The translations under genes were made by a program, and so were the position numbers. Shown here piece after piece: positions 1 to 13,100 of a DNA stretch of 64,000 nt (its first letter is position 1; each line of letters starts with the position of its first letter). The DNA lies in assembly GCF_035084215.1 (NCBI RefSeq), contig NC_090347.1, positions 30,194,001 to 30,258,000 of the forward strand. Reading direction: 5' to 3'. A model generated the notes under the pieces. It was not told the origin of the DNA, did not search any database, and saw only the letters and a list, made by a program, of their open reading frames with translations. Source of the DNA: Heptranchias perlo (lineage: Eukaryota).

Positions 1-92
1 TGAGCGTGCACTTGCTGTCCGCCATATCGGAGACTCAGTAGCCCATTTAGTGCCCAAATAAATGGGTGCTGGGTGGCCACTTTTCTAGGCCC
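1..92. mobile_element. Right end of a degraded Harbinger-like non-autonomous element, cut by the window edge
   Basis: GC-richer tract ending in TTTTCTAGGCCC, resembling the ...AAATCGGGCCC terminus of the intact Harbinger. Confidence 0.35.
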
Positions 93-661
93 ACATGTTC
101 AACTTAGTGTGTTGTATCTTTCCTGGACATGTGGAGGTTTGAAAAATCCTGACTATGCATCTTCCATGTTTGGTTGGGCCAAACGTAAAATTTTGCTCTC
201 CAGTTTCTCCCTGCCAAGTGCCAGTGGCTGACAATAGAGGCCAAAGTGCACAATCTACTTTCCTTGGATAACCTCTTTTTTCAGCTATTTCCAAGGAGCC
301 AATTATTTGATACAGATTGCCAGAACTGGGTGTGGAAATACTTTGAAATCCCCCACAGCAGTTGCCCAGGTATCTCTTGTATGGTCGCAGCGAGACCTTT
401 CCCCACAATCATCCAGGTTAAATGTATAGGCATAGAAGGAGAATTAAGTATATTTGAATTTTTTTACAGTCATCTATATGCTCAATATTTTCTTTAGGAT
501 CATTAGAATTATGCAATTTTCAATCATCCTGCTTTAAACACTGAGATCATTTTTGTGAAGAATTTGGGCAGTATATGGATTTATGCAATCTTCTTGAATT
601 TGCCCATTGGATGTACCCTACAGATCTAAGACAAGTAGTTGGCTAACTTGACTACACAGGT

Positions 662-1100
662 GTCCACTGTGGCTCAGTTGGTAGTACTGAGTCAGAAAGT
701 TGTGGGTTCATGACCCATTCCAGAGACTTGAGCACAAAATCTAGGCTGACACGCCAGTGAAGTACTGGGGGAGTGCTGTATTGTTGGAGGTGCTATCTTT
801 CAGATGAGATGTTAAACCGATGGACGTAAAAGATCCCATGGCACTATTTTGAAGAAGAGCAGTGGAGTTCTGCCGGTGTCCTGGCCAATATTTATCCCTC
901 AACCAATATCACTAAAACAGATTATCTGGTCTTTATCGCATTGCTATTTGTGGGAGCTTGCTGTGCGCAAATTGGCTGTCGCGTTTCCTATATTACAACA
1001 GTGACTACACTTCAAAAGTGCTTCATTGGCTGTAAAGAGCTTTGGGACGTCCTGAGGTCATGAAAGGAGTTGTATAAATGCAAGGTTTTCTTTCTTTCTA
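662..1100 (+). mobile_element. tRNA-derived Deu-domain SINE (SacSINE1/AmnSINE1-like)
   Basis: A-box TGGCTCAGTTGG, B-box-like GGTTCA, Deu core GATCCCATGGCACTATT...TGTGGGAGCTTGCTGTGCGCAAATTGGCTG, L2-type tail TATAAATGCAAG followed by a (CTTT) tract. Confidence 0.85.
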
Positions 1101-1774
1101 TTAGCAATAAGGATTGGGAAGATGTGAGAAAGAGTGGTAACAAATCTTGATTTGCTCCAAAACAGTTGGTACTTAAAAATCCTAATTCTTTCATTCTTTA
1201 CTTTTTAAAAATACATTGGCAATACGCTGGACCCTCGGTCAGGAATTGCCCAGCCTTTATAGAACCCATCCCGATTGCGGGTCATCCTGCCAGATTGGCG
1301 TCAAGGCAGTGAAGATGAAAATCTAACCCCTGTTCATTCTCAAAGTTCTGGTGAAAACTGGGGGGGTGAAGGAGGAATTCTTTAAAAGTGTTGTGGATTT
1401 AACTTGCCCTTCAGATGAGTGTGGAATGCGTGAACTGAATGCAGGCAGAGAACACAGTTGGAGCATTTCTCAGGAATGCTCCCACTGATGATATTGAGGC
1501 AATGAAGCCCACGGGCCAAGATGCAGTAAGGTCAGTTTTGATACATTTGGAAACTCATTAGGGACAGCATCAAACAGGGATTCAGAAACCTTAAGACACT
1601 TAATGCAACTCCCATGTATAGAGTTTGCCAAAGACTCCTCTTTAACTACTTCTATAAGCTCACTAGCTCTGCTCACCCCTCAAACACCTCCAGCACTCTC
1701 AGTTACTTTGACATCAGCTTCAGTTGTGCAAATGAATGTGATATGTGAATCAAGTAAATTTGCACATTTAGAAA

Positions 1775-2152
1775 GTGGAGGCCCTATTGTAATTTGGGAA
1801 ATGCAGCAGCCAATTTACGTCCAGAAAGGTCCCACAAATAGCAAGGAGAGAAATGACCAGATAATCTGTTTTATTGATGATGGTTGATGGATAAATGTTA
1901 GCCAGGACACTGGGAGAACACCTCTGCTCTTCATCACACAGTGCCATGGGATCTTTTATGTTCACCTGAGAGGGCAGATAGGGCCTCAGTTTAACCTTTC
2001 ATCCAAAAGACGGCATCTCCGACAGTGCAGCACTCCCTCAGTACTGCACTGAGGTGTCAGCCTAGATTATGTGCTCATGTCTCTACAGTGGGGCTTGAAC
2101 CCACAACCATCATGACTTAGAGGCAAGAGTGCTACCATTGAGTCAAGATTGA
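1775..2152 (-). mobile_element. Deu-domain SINE, same family as 662-1100
   Basis: Reverse complement matches the head and core of 662-1100 (GTGCCATGGGATCTTTTA, CAGCCAATTT, GGGCTTGAACCCACAACC). Confidence 0.85.
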
Positions 2153-2224
2153 CTATTTCCCAATTATCGGTGCTTTGCACCTCACAAGAAAAAACATTTT
2201 ATTCGGAGAGCAAGTAAGACCAGC

Positions 2225-2420
2225 AAAGCTCCTCTTTCGGTCCCTGGTCTGTGCTTAGTTAGCAGTTCCTAGCTGGACTGGAAGTTGAGGTGCTACAATT
2301 GGCCTCAGCACCCTGGGTTAGGGAGGTGCAAATAGTTATTTAGTAACCCTTGCTGGAAATGCCTTGTGTGGTGCCAGGTAAGAACAAGATCGAACTTGGC
2401 AGTGATGCACCTTTCCATCC
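2225..2420 (+). mobile_element. Old tRNA-derived SINE, second family (not named)
   Basis: CCCTGGTCTGTGC..AGTTAGC...GTGCTACAATTGGCCTCAG motif recurs at ~10700-10870 (-), 19860-20025 (-) and 39650-39795 (+). Confidence 0.6.
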
Positions 2421-3707
2421 CCTCCAAATAAACAGCCAAAAACAGGATCAGGGTCATCTATGATGCCCTTTCTCCCATGCTCACTATCTATAGTCACACA
2501 AGAATAATGGCCAAATGATTGAGGTATCTAGGGTGACTGCTGTCCAAATAACCATATTCGTTTCACTGTCTTCAGACTAGCTGAGATAAACTGATGAAAA
2601 AAAAATTGCTGATACTAAAGAGAGATTATATTAAGGTAACATGTGCCAGCTATAGGATTTCCCTCTTGATCATCTGCTCGTTATTTCTCAAGGTGCCCAC
2701 AGTAATGATGTGAATCCTGCAACAGTCATCATTGATTAGCATTATTGAGCGCCTTGGCACAGGGTCTCCATTCTGACAGCTGCTACTGGCATGGAAACTG
2801 ACCCAAAACTGAACAAGCCTCTTTGTTAAATGAAAAATATATATGTTTCCATTTAAAATTCTTATTTAAAAATTTTTGTAACAGTCAAAAATAAAGTTTA
2901 GACAATGCAAATCAGAACAATTTCTCTCTATGGCAGTAAATTGCCCATGGTGTTGCCCATAGTCAATAGATGAATACAATTTTTTTATATATACAAGACT
3001 GTGACAGAGTTGGGAAAAGAAACTCCAGAAATATGCTTTACAGTACCACCTAGTAGCCAGCACCTGTCACTACATCGTGACAGTTGACATAGCAAAATTA
3101 AATGGGAAATGTTGACATAGCAATTTTGACAGAAAATTGTGACTAAAATGTCAAAAGCACTGAGAAAAAAAGCCAGTCATTTCCCATTATTTTTTTCTGC
3201 CTCTCACAAAGTCCGAGTCTTTAAAAGCAGCTGCCAATCTATAGAAGTTCACCTGAACAATTAATCTCTAACTAACCTCAGGCTGTGCACTTCACCATGG
3301 GAGGATCTTTGCCGTGACCTAAGAGCAATGGGGCAGTTTAATCACAGCTCCAGTTTAGCAGCTAAACATCACAACCGTGCTCTGGATCCCAGACTACTAA
3401 AGTAGCTGGAAAATGATACATGGTGGCAAAAACATCAATTACAAAACAACCAGTATGAGATAAGATGAGAAATTTAATAAGGAGACATAAAATAATTCTG
3501 AAATGAAAGATATTTGTTAGATCGCTTTGCAGCGAAAGCGCATGAAAAAAAGAGTACCCAAGTAGACTGGGTCAGACATGGGTATATCTGCCAACATAAA
3601 TGTTATTAAAGATAAAGGTTACAACAGAATCATTTCAAGGTAATAATCTAATTTCAAGGTTCAGATATTAGCATAAAACCTCAGTTATCTGAATTGTGGG
3701 AATAAAT

Positions 3708-4044
3708 ACATAGCAACAGTAGTAGGCCATTCAGCCCCTTGAGCCTGTTCAGCCATTAAATTATATCATGCGTAATCTGTATCTTAACTCCATCTCCCTA
3801 ACTTTGTTCAGTAACCCTTAATAATCTTGCCTAACAAAAATCTATCAATCACAGTTTTGAAATATTCATTTGACCCCCAGCCTCAACAGCTTTTTGGGAG
3901 AGAGTGTTCCAGATTTCCACTACTCTTTGTGTGAAGAAGTGCTTTCTGACATCACCCCTGAATGGCCTAGCTCTAATTTTAAGATTGTTCTGGACTCCCC
4001 AACAGCGGAAATAGTTTATCTTTGCGTACCCTATCAAATCGTTT
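3708..4044 (-). mobile_element. CR1 LINE 3' fragment
   Basis: Encodes ...KHFFTQRVVEIWNTLSQ (CR1 ORF2 C-terminus) followed by the CR1 3' UTR; same subfamily as 15846-17554. Confidence 0.9.
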
Positions 4045-4960
4045 GATTATTGTATACCGATGTTTTAATAATTTAAAGGCATTTCTTAGGTGTTTCAGTA
4101 TGAAAATATTAAAGGTCAGAAAACCAAATGAGAATATCATAATACCTTTTTTAAAAATGTACAAACCGCACACAACATTTGTCAGTAAAGAAAGAACACT
4201 AGAAAGAACCTGCTGTGTCCTTAGTACACAGTTAGCAGAGCTGTGAGAGTGAGGCCCTCAGGATGGTATGTGTCTCTGAGCAAATAGTTTTAAAAAGAAC
4301 AGCATTCATTTGTTTTCCTTCCATCGCACTCAAAGTTCAGGACATTCTCAGCCACTCCAAACAGTCCATTCCACAGGAGACCAAGCCATCTATTTGTAGT
4401 AGCGTTAGTAACTGCCCTCTACATCATCGGAGCTGAAGGATTTCTCAAGGTACGGATCAAGGAATGCATTGTTTGTGCTAAACATGGAAAGAAAATAAGA
4501 GCCATCCTTAGCACAACATGTTCCAGTGTCAAACCACATATACCTTCATGGGAAATGGCTGTTAACAGTGCCAGTGTAAAACCACAAAGGCAGAACAATG
4601 AAGGGACTCAGTGAAATCCATACATTACCAGGTTTAGCCTTAAACAAAGGATTAGCAGAAGTTGACAGTTATTTGGAAGTTTATTCCGAAGAGATACAAA
4701 AAGACCTTTTCACACACCACCGTCCTCCTTTCTTTCTGATTCATATCCTATATCAAAACATGTAAATTACTTCACCTTCAATAAACTATTGAAAATAGTC
4801 ATATTGGGAATTTGGTACCATATAGATATTTCATGGATACGGGTAATGACAGTGGGGTGGTGTCTGGTTCCATAATGTTAATGGTAACCACCACTCTTCA
4901 TGAAATTGTAAATGTCATGATTTGGCTTGTTTTGCCAAAACTAGATTTTGTTTAATATAT

Positions 4961-5390
4961 AAGAGACTAGAGAAGCAGGGATTGTTCTCCTTGGAGAAGA
5001 GAAGATTAAAGGTAAATTTAATAGAGGTGTTCAAAATTATGAAGGGTTTTGATAGAGTAGATAGAGAGAAACTGTTTCCACTGACAGGAGCGTCAGTAAG
5101 CAGAGGACACAAAAATAAAGATAATTGGCAAATTAACTAGGGGGGAGATGAGGAGAATTTTTTTTAACGCAGTGAGTTGTTATGATCTGGAATACACTGC
5201 CTGAGCAGGTGGTGGAAGCAGATTCAATAATAACTTTCCAAAGGGGATTGGATATATACTTGAAAAGGAAAAATTTGCAGGGCTATGAGAAAAGAGCGGG
5301 GGAGTGGGACAAATTGGATAGCTCTTTCAAAGCGCCGGCACAGGCACGATGGGCTGAATGGCCTCCTTCTGTGCTGTATGATTCTATGAT
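4961..5390 (+). mobile_element. CR1 LINE 3' fragment
   Basis: RLEKQGLFSLEKRRL...LIEVFKIMKG...IWNTLP, ending in GATTCTATGAT. Confidence 0.9.
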
Positions 5391-5423
5391 AATAGTTCGG
5401 TTATGTTAAAATTCAACATTTAT

Positions 5424-7615
5424 CTCAATAAAAATACTCAATTGGAGGAGGGCCAATTTCCATGGGATGAGAACAGATCTGGCCCGGGTAAATTGGAATT
5501 GAAGACTGGCAGGCAAAACTGTAAATGAACAGTGGGCAGCCTTTAAGGAGGAGATGGCTCGGGTATGATCTAGGCACATTCCCACGAGGCAGAAAGGTAG
5601 GGCAACTAAAGCCAGAGCTCCCTGGGTGACAAAAGAGATAGTGAGTAAGATGAAGCAGAAAAAAGGGGCGTATGACAGATGTCAGGTTGACAACACAAGT
5701 GAGAACCAGGCAGAATATAGAAAGTTCAGAGGGGAAATAAAAAAGGAAATAAGAGGGGCAAAGAGAGAGTATGAGAATAAACTGGCAACCAACATAAAAG
5801 GGAATCCAAAAGTCTTCTACAGGCATGTAAACAGTAAACTGGTAGTAAAAGGAGTGGTGGGGCTGATTTGGGACCATAAAGGAGGTCGACTCGTGGAGGC
5901 AGAGGGGATGGCCGAGGTTCTAAATGAGTACTTTGCATCTGTCTTTACCAAGGAAGAAGATGCTGCCAGAGTCTCAGTAAAGGAAGATATAGTTGAGATA
6001 GTGGATGGGCTAAAAATTGATAAAGAAGAGGTACTTGAAAGGCTAGCTGTACTTAAAGTAGATAAGTCACCCGGTCCGGATGGGATGCATCCTAGGTTGC
6101 TGAGGGAAGTAAAGGTGGAAATTGCGGAGGTACTGGCCATAATCTTCCAAGCATTTGTAGATACCGGGGTGGTGCCAGAGGACTGGAGAATTGCAAATGT
6201 TATACCCTTGTTCAAAAAAGGGTGTAAGGATAAACCCAGCAACTATAGGCCAGTCAGTTTAACCTCAGTGGTGAGGAAACTTTTAGAAACGATAATCCAG
6301 GACAGAATTAACGGTCACTTGGACGAGCGTGGATTGATTAGGGAAATTATGTTTAACTAACCTGATAGAGTTTTTTGATGAGGTAACAGAGAGGGATGAT
6401 TAGGGCAATGCAGTTGATGTGGTGTATATGGACTTTCAAAAGGCGTTTGATAAAGTGCCGCACGGTGGGCTTATCATCAAGATTGCGACCCGTGGAATAA
6501 AGGGGGCAGTAGCAACATGGATATAGAATTGGCTAAGGGGCAGGAAACAGAAAGTAGTGGTGAACAGTTGTTTTTCAGACTGGAGGGAGGTGTACAGTTG
6601 GTGTTCCCCATGGGTCAGTGCTGGGACCACTGCTTTTCTTGATATATATTAATGACTTGGACTTGGGTGTACAGGGCACAAATTCAAAATTTGCAGATGA
6701 CACAAAACTTGGAAGGGTAGTAAACATTGAGGAGGATAGTGATAGACTTCAAGAGGCTATAGACAGGCTGGTGGCATGGGCGGATACGTGGCAGATAAAA
6801 TTTATCGCAGAAAAATGCAAATTGATACATTTTGGTAGGAAGAACGAGGAGAGGCAATATAAACCAGAGGGCACAACTTTAAAAGGGATATAGGAACAGA
6901 GAGATCTGGGGGTATATGTGCACAAATTGTTGAAGGTGGCAGGGCAGGTTGAGAAAGCGGCTAAAAAAGCATACGGGATCCTGGACTTTATAAATAGAGG
7001 CATAGAGAACAAAAGTATTGGAGTCATGAGGAACCTTTATAAAACACTGGTTCGGCCACCACTGGAGTATTGTGTCCAGTTCTGGGCACCGCACTTTAGG
7101 AAAGGTGGGAAGGCCTTAGAGAGGGTGCAGAAGAGATTTACTAGAATGGTTCCAGGGATGAGGGGCTTTAGTTACGTGAATAGACTGGAGAAGCTGGAGT
7201 TGTTCTCCTTGGAATGGAGATGGTTGCGAGAAGATTTGGTAGAGGTATTTAAAATCATGAAGCATCTAGACAGAGTAGATATCGAGAAACTGTTCTCATT
7301 GGTGGAAGGATCAAGAACCAGAGGATTTAAGGTGATTGGCAAAAGAACCAAAGGTGACATGAGGAAAAACTTTTTTACACAGCGAGTGGTTAGGATCTGG
7401 AATGCACTGCCCGATAATATGGTGGAGGCAAATTTAATCATAGCCTTCAAAAGGGAACTGGATAAGTACTTGACAGGAAAAAATTTGCAGGGCTACGGGG
7501 AAAGGGCGGGGGAGTGGGATGAGCTGGATTGCTCTTGCAGAGAGCTGGCGTGAACTCGATGGGCCAAATGGCCTCCTTCCATGCTGTAACTTTTCTATCA
7601 TTCTATAATTCTATG
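5424..7615 (+). mobile_element. 5'-truncated CR1 LINE with disrupted ORF2 (reverse transcriptase pseudogene)
   Basis: KSPGPDGMHPRLL, DWRIANVIPLFKKG..NYRPVSLTS, YMDFQKAFDKV, LGPLLFLIYINDL, FADD and FFTQRVVRIWN across broken frames with stops; TTCTAT tail. Confidence 0.95.
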
Positions 7616-7900
7616 AAAACCAGGAGAGGTGATTCCACCAGAGTAATATGACATATTAATTAGTAAACAAAGGGGGTGATCATTGTGTACAATCTCAAGC
7701 ATTAATGCCATTGTGATGAAATGGTTCCCGAAGTTTCCAGGTATTGCTTCATCCCTTTTACACAGCCAGGTATCTGGCTGGAACAGCAACAAGATTCCAC
7801 ATCAAAGAGGAGGCATTACAATCAGGGAGGACTTGGGTTGATGGCTCAATGGGCGGAACCCCTGCAGTGGTCGAAGAAGACCATCGGTCTCTCACAAAGA

Positions 7901-7955
7901 CACACACACAGACACACACACACACACAGACACACACACAAACAGACACACACAC
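7901..7955. repeat. Interrupted (CA)n microsatellite
   Basis: Read directly from the sequence. Confidence 0.95.
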
Positions 7956-8028
7956 GTGCCCTCGCAGCTAATATAAAACAAGGAGCATAGGAAATTGATC
8001 TCACTGTGAAAACTATTCTGTTCATTCA

Positions 8029-8233
8029 TTGGGACTAGCTTAGTGGTATAAACTAGGCAACATGGACATGTTGGGCCAAAGGGCCTGTTTCCATGTTGTA
8101 AACTTCTATGATTCTATTGGGCCAAGTGCAGGCAATTGGGACTAGCTTAGTGGTATAAACTGGGCGACATGGACACGTTGGGCCGAAGGGCCTGTTTCCA
8201 TGTTGTAAACTTCTATGATTCTATGATTCTATG
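8029..8233 (+). mobile_element. Two tandem CR1-type 3' tails (~108-bp period)
   Basis: TTGGGACTAGCTTAGTGGTATAAACT...GGGCCTGTTTCCATGTTGTAAACTTCTATGATTCTAT occurs twice with few substitutions. Confidence 0.85.
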
Positions 8234-9039
8234 TATTTTATGTCAAATAAACCAGTTTATTTCAATTGGGCCTCATAGTGAAAGGGTACTTTTCAGTCCA
8301 TCTTCTGCAAAGAGAGGAGAATGCATGTAGCGGTAGTTGTGGTTTTACAGTATAAGTACATGCAATAAGGGTTCTGTGTTATAATCCCTAAGTCACACTA
8401 CCATTTAACTAGATATTGGGCAATAGAAGGTGCACTCCAGATTGTAGTGGATGTGAGGTCTGCTTTCAGGATCGACTGGTGACACTGAACCCGAGAGACT
8501 ATCGAGCACAAAGCCAGAAATCTGTGACAGTAAATTGTGAGGGATATCATTGTGATGAAACTGGTATTTTGCTCTTTTGCCTCTTTCTCCCCCCTCCCAA
8601 ACACAAAAAAAAATTGCCAAACAATTTTTCTTGAAGATGGTGGTCCTTCAAAACAAGTCTTGTTCCTTGCTTCAAACAACTTTTTAAAATAATACTTTTT
8701 AATAAAGTTTCATCCTCTATCTTTCTCTCTCCCAACTCATTCTCTGTACACATATATATAGCCCTGCATATAATATAAAATATAGATGCATCAATAAATA
8801 AAAAAATAAAGAAGTCAAATTCTTGAAGATTCACTTAACCAAGGTCATAATAGTAAGAGTTTTTATATGTGGATTGCAAGTCTGTAACACACACAAGAGC
8901 GTAAGGAAGCATGAGACAGGAAAAAGCCATTGGCCCCTTTCACCCCACTTTTCCCACAGAAATGAAGCAGAACTCCACCATTCATCCCTGGTCTGCTCCC
9001 CTCCTTACCCAGCAACACAGAAACCATTGTGTTATAATC

Positions 9040-9352
9040 ACTGAATCATAGGAGGAGACCATTCGCCCCATCGTACCTGTACCGGCCCTTTGAAATAGCT
9101 GTCCAATTAATCCCACATCCCCTGCCCTTTCGCATTGCCCTGCAAATTTTCCCCTTTCAAGTATTTATCCGTTTCCTTTTTGAAAGTTATTATTGAATCT
9201 GCTTCCACCACCCTGTCAGGAAGTGCATTCCAGATCATAACAACTTCCTCAGCATCAGTTCCTTTTTCTACTCCTTTTCTTCCTCCCTCAGTAAAGTGCC
9301 TTGGGATGTTTTCTACATTAAAGCTGCTATATAAATGTAGATTGTTGTTGTA
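9040..9352. mobile_element. CR1 3' fragment (-, ~9040-9243) abutting an L2 3' tail (+, ~9245-9352)
   Basis: IWNALPDRVVEADSIITFKKE on the minus strand; GTAAAGTGCCTTGGGATG...TATAAATGTAGATTGTTGTTG on plus. Confidence 0.75.
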
Positions 9353-9649
9353 TTTGACCATCTGTGTTTATATTTATTCTTATTAATCTCTAAGCCCATT
9401 CCCAACCCGATATTTATCCAGTTCCTTTTTGAAAGAGTTAATCAATACAGCACCAAATGCTTTTGCTGTGAGTCTGACAAATCATTAGAAACCACAGTTT
9501 ATTTTGCTTATCGATATTGATATTGAAAATTCTACCAGAACTAAGACCATTGATGATGTTGACAGCAAGCTGGGAACTGACGATGCAAGTTGAAGACAAA
9601 ATTAACTGCTGGGTGACGATGAGCAATATTACAGAAAGAAAAATATCAG

Positions 9650-9760
9650 CACAGTTCTGATGATAGGTCACCGACCTGAAGCATTAGCTCTGTTTCTCTC
9701 TCCACAGATGCTGTCGGACCTGCTGAGTGTTTCCAGCATTGTCTGTTTTTCAGTTTAAAC
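9650..9760 (+). mobile_element. Penelope-like terminal repeat fragment with degenerate minimal hammerhead motif
   Basis: CAGTT-CTGATGA-T-AGGTC-ACC-GACCT-GAAG-CATTA, then CTCCACAGATGCTG...GACCTGCTGAG...TTTCCAGCATT; homologous to 25510-25775 and 12205-12315. Confidence 0.7.
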
Positions 9761-10647
9761 ATAAAACGTTCAATAAAAAACATATATTCCACAGAAGTGA
9801 TTTCTAAAGAATTGCTGCTTCCAGGAGAAGTTTGGCAACTCGCATGTTGGGCATTAAAGATAGTTGAGGAACATTTTGTACTTGGATCAGGAATTCTATA
9901 TTATGAGATTAATGGGGTGGGTTTGAACACATGGGAATTGTCTATTCAAATCAGAATTTTGTGTGGATTAGGTAAATGTTTATTTTTATATCACCGTGTT
10001 CAAAATGAGGAAAGTCTGTTGAATATATGTTTAGGATCGGACTGGAGCTGAATGCTGGGGCTCTCAAACCATCATTACTCATTCTTTTTATGCAATAAAA
10101 TATCTCGGAATGCTTTTAGACTACAGCAACATCAGTTAACTAGTTCAAGACAGTGTGAAATAATTACTTTGTTATTTTAGCTCGCGATTACTGGTACTTC
10201 AGGTGTGGTCCCTGCGTTGTTTGTGCTATGTAAGTCCTGCAATGGTCTGATCCTTGAGTATTTGATGTAAAAATATACCCCCCATCTGACATAGTTCTCT
10301 TCACTGATAGTAATAAGCCAAAAAGAGCTGGGAGCTGAGAGTAAATGACAAACCGTTGCTTAAGTGTTTAAGTGGCCCAGCCTCAGAAACTCAGTAAAAG
10401 TGGCAGCCATTAACTGGGAGTCCAACTGTCATGTGATGAGTACTTTTTTAAATGAACTTAGGTGTAACTTTGTCTCCAATTTTCTCACCTCTCTTCAACA
10501 TTCAACGCATTCTATGGATCCAAGGTGCCCTTCAGAACTTCACTCAAATGGCCATTTTTCATGTATGAACCGAGGCAGTGAGTGTCTGCAATCCATTTGA
10601 TCTTGGGAGACATCACAATCAAGCCCCGTCATGCCTTTGCCCAAAGT

Positions 10648-10676
10648 GCACACACACACACACACACACACACACA
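10648..10676. repeat. (CA)n microsatellite
   Basis: Read directly from the sequence. Confidence 0.95.
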
Positions 10677-12204
10677 GATGCTCCAGGAGGAATCACTGTA
10701 CAGAAATTGTGACCCGGAACAGGAACCATGACTGATTTTTTTCCTGACCCTGGCCAATTGTAGTGCATCCACTGCAGCCTCAGCCGAAATGAGTTAACTC
10801 AGCAGAAACTCTGGCTTTAAGCTGGTGGATATGGCTGAGCATCGCACCTGGTGTTCCATTTACCCACCAGACCATTGCAAATCTCAGGAGTAATATTTTA
10901 AAAACTTGGTAATGGGTTTGATATATATCCTCATTTGAAAGAAAGCCTCTGAAAGCCTCATCCTGGAGTATTCCTCTTAATAAATAAATCTGTTACATAT
11001 GGAAATAATGTTTCATGACAAACAAAGTATAAACAAGATTATTAGCAGACCACAGTGAGGCCTAAAATACATGCCAATCATCTCATGCAGTAAATGTAAT
11101 TTAGAATTTTCTGCAATGTATTTTCTTCCCTGTTTCAGTTCTCCTCGAATTTTGCACCACATACACCATTCCTAGGCAGGCTACTCACACAATATCATCA
11201 ACCAGCATCTGGAAAGAACCCAAGAGCAGCTCCCCTTAATTCCATCTCCAAAGTTTGCCAACCTCTCCTCCATTTAGTGCGTCCTTGCAATGGCCCATCT
11301 GAAATTAGGAATTCAATGTGAATCACAGATACAAACCAGAGTCCCACCACTGTAAAGGTTGGGGGGTGGGGTGGGGGGAGAGAGAAAGCAGCTAATTAGT
11401 AAACTAATACCAATGGCCAACAAAATGTAACCTTTTCCACATGCGTCATGGTGAACTCACCCAGCCAATTCCAAGTAAAAACCATGAAAATTCCTGAAAT
11501 TGTTTGCAGTAAAAGGGTTAAGCATGCAGACTGTGCATGCATTGTCCCAGTGTATATTGTGCATGTGTATGCTCTGCCCACAGTCCAATGACTAATGTAT
11601 ATATTTCAACAGTGCAGGCTCTTTGCATATATTTTGAGGCCCCTTACATTAGAATTTTTCATCATAATTATACGACATTTTGCTAAATTTCAATGAATGA
11701 AATATTACCGCAATTATCAGCTACAGTAGCTGACACAGGGATATAGACAGATGGACATGGGTAATTTAGTAGAGGCTACATTAATAGAATTATAGACAGT
11801 GCAAAAGGCTACATTTTCACATTCACTAGCATAAGCAGACAGTGCTAGAAAAATAAATAATTCAGGAGGAGGCCACTTCAAACTGAATGGACCATTATAA
11901 TGTAACAGCAAGTCCATAACAGGGTTTTTATTGACTGAGAAATAAAATTAAACTGATGTCAGGCATAATTCAGGCCCATTGTATAGGCACCAAAGGTATT
12001 TTGAATCCTTATAGATTCAAAACTTAGATGCCTTGTGTACGTCATCCAAAAATGTCATTTGATAGATACTGGAAGATGTTAGGGGGGAAACAATTCACAG
12101 ATTTATGGGTTGAAGAATGTGACAGTAGTAAATGACAAGTGACAATATGCTTTTACTGATTTCCTCACTAAATTAAAAATATTTACAAAGTACTTTTAAT
12201 TAAA

Positions 12205-12315
12205 TCAAAACCAAAATACTGGTGATGCTGGAAATCTGAAATAAAAACAGAAAATGCTGGAACCTGAGCAGGTCAGGCAGCATCTGTGGAAGAAGAAACA
12301 GAGTTAATGTTTCCA
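12205..12315 (-). mobile_element. Penelope-like terminal repeat fragment
   Basis: Reverse complement of the 9650/25680 repeat, truncated at GAAAC. Confidence 0.7.
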
Positions 12316-13003
12316 GCATTTTATATGTAATTACAATTCTGTGAGGACTGTTATATTTATATTAAGGTGTGGATATATCCATTAGAGTTGTTTTGAAGAT
12401 GGAAGAAGCAAAACCTGTGAGGACCAACGCGGGAGTGAGCATCGTAATCAAAAGTGCCCAACTGTGACAGTTTTGTAATATGCATAAAACAATGCCCTCA
12501 CTCCAATGCAGTCCATGCTTTCTTTGGGAACAATGAGATCACCCTGCTCTGGTATATCCAGTATGTTCCTATTGAGTACATATTCCATGTTATCTCTCTC
12601 TTGCCAAATCGCCTCAATTTACATTTACTTGCATTAAACTGCATTCTCTGCCCACAAACATAACCTCTGGAAATTTCCCCTGGGGTACTCCTGATCAATC
12701 ACCATAACTTTGGCAGGAACCCTGCTTACACGGCCTAAACGGGGTTTCTGCTGATCTCTCCCCACCCACCCCGGGAAGGAAATAAATGATGAATATCCCC
12801 AAATCCTCCTGAGTTTGTGCATTTTGATTCTCATTATTTGCTAATACTTCCATTTTGGTGTCACCTCTAATATAGACACCTTGGAACTGACCCCAGCCTC
12901 TAAGTTATTAAAATGATAATGTTTTTCAGGAAAAAGAAAGTAGAAATATATACAAAGCAAATTTAATGAAAATTATGTGAGGGCTGTTACTATCTTAACT
13001 TAC

Positions 13004-13100
13004 GGATATATCCATCAGAGTTGTTGTGGATATGAAAGAAGGTAGCAGAGTTTGTGAAGAGCATCTTATGAGTGATTCCAACATTGATCCCAGCGACACA
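13004..13100 (-). other. Candidate 97-nt exon of an unidentified transcript
   Basis: TTTTAATAG acceptor and GTAAGT donor; two frames are open; no protein family recognised. Confidence 0.3.

Noticed and set aside
7765-7885. Shared G.MGGTP / WAE motif with 58150-58175
   Set aside because: The match is only ~15 bp with no extension and is probably chance.
8412-8563. Cysteine-rich exon (CTPDCSGCEVC)
   Set aside because: Weak splice signals and no recognisable domain.
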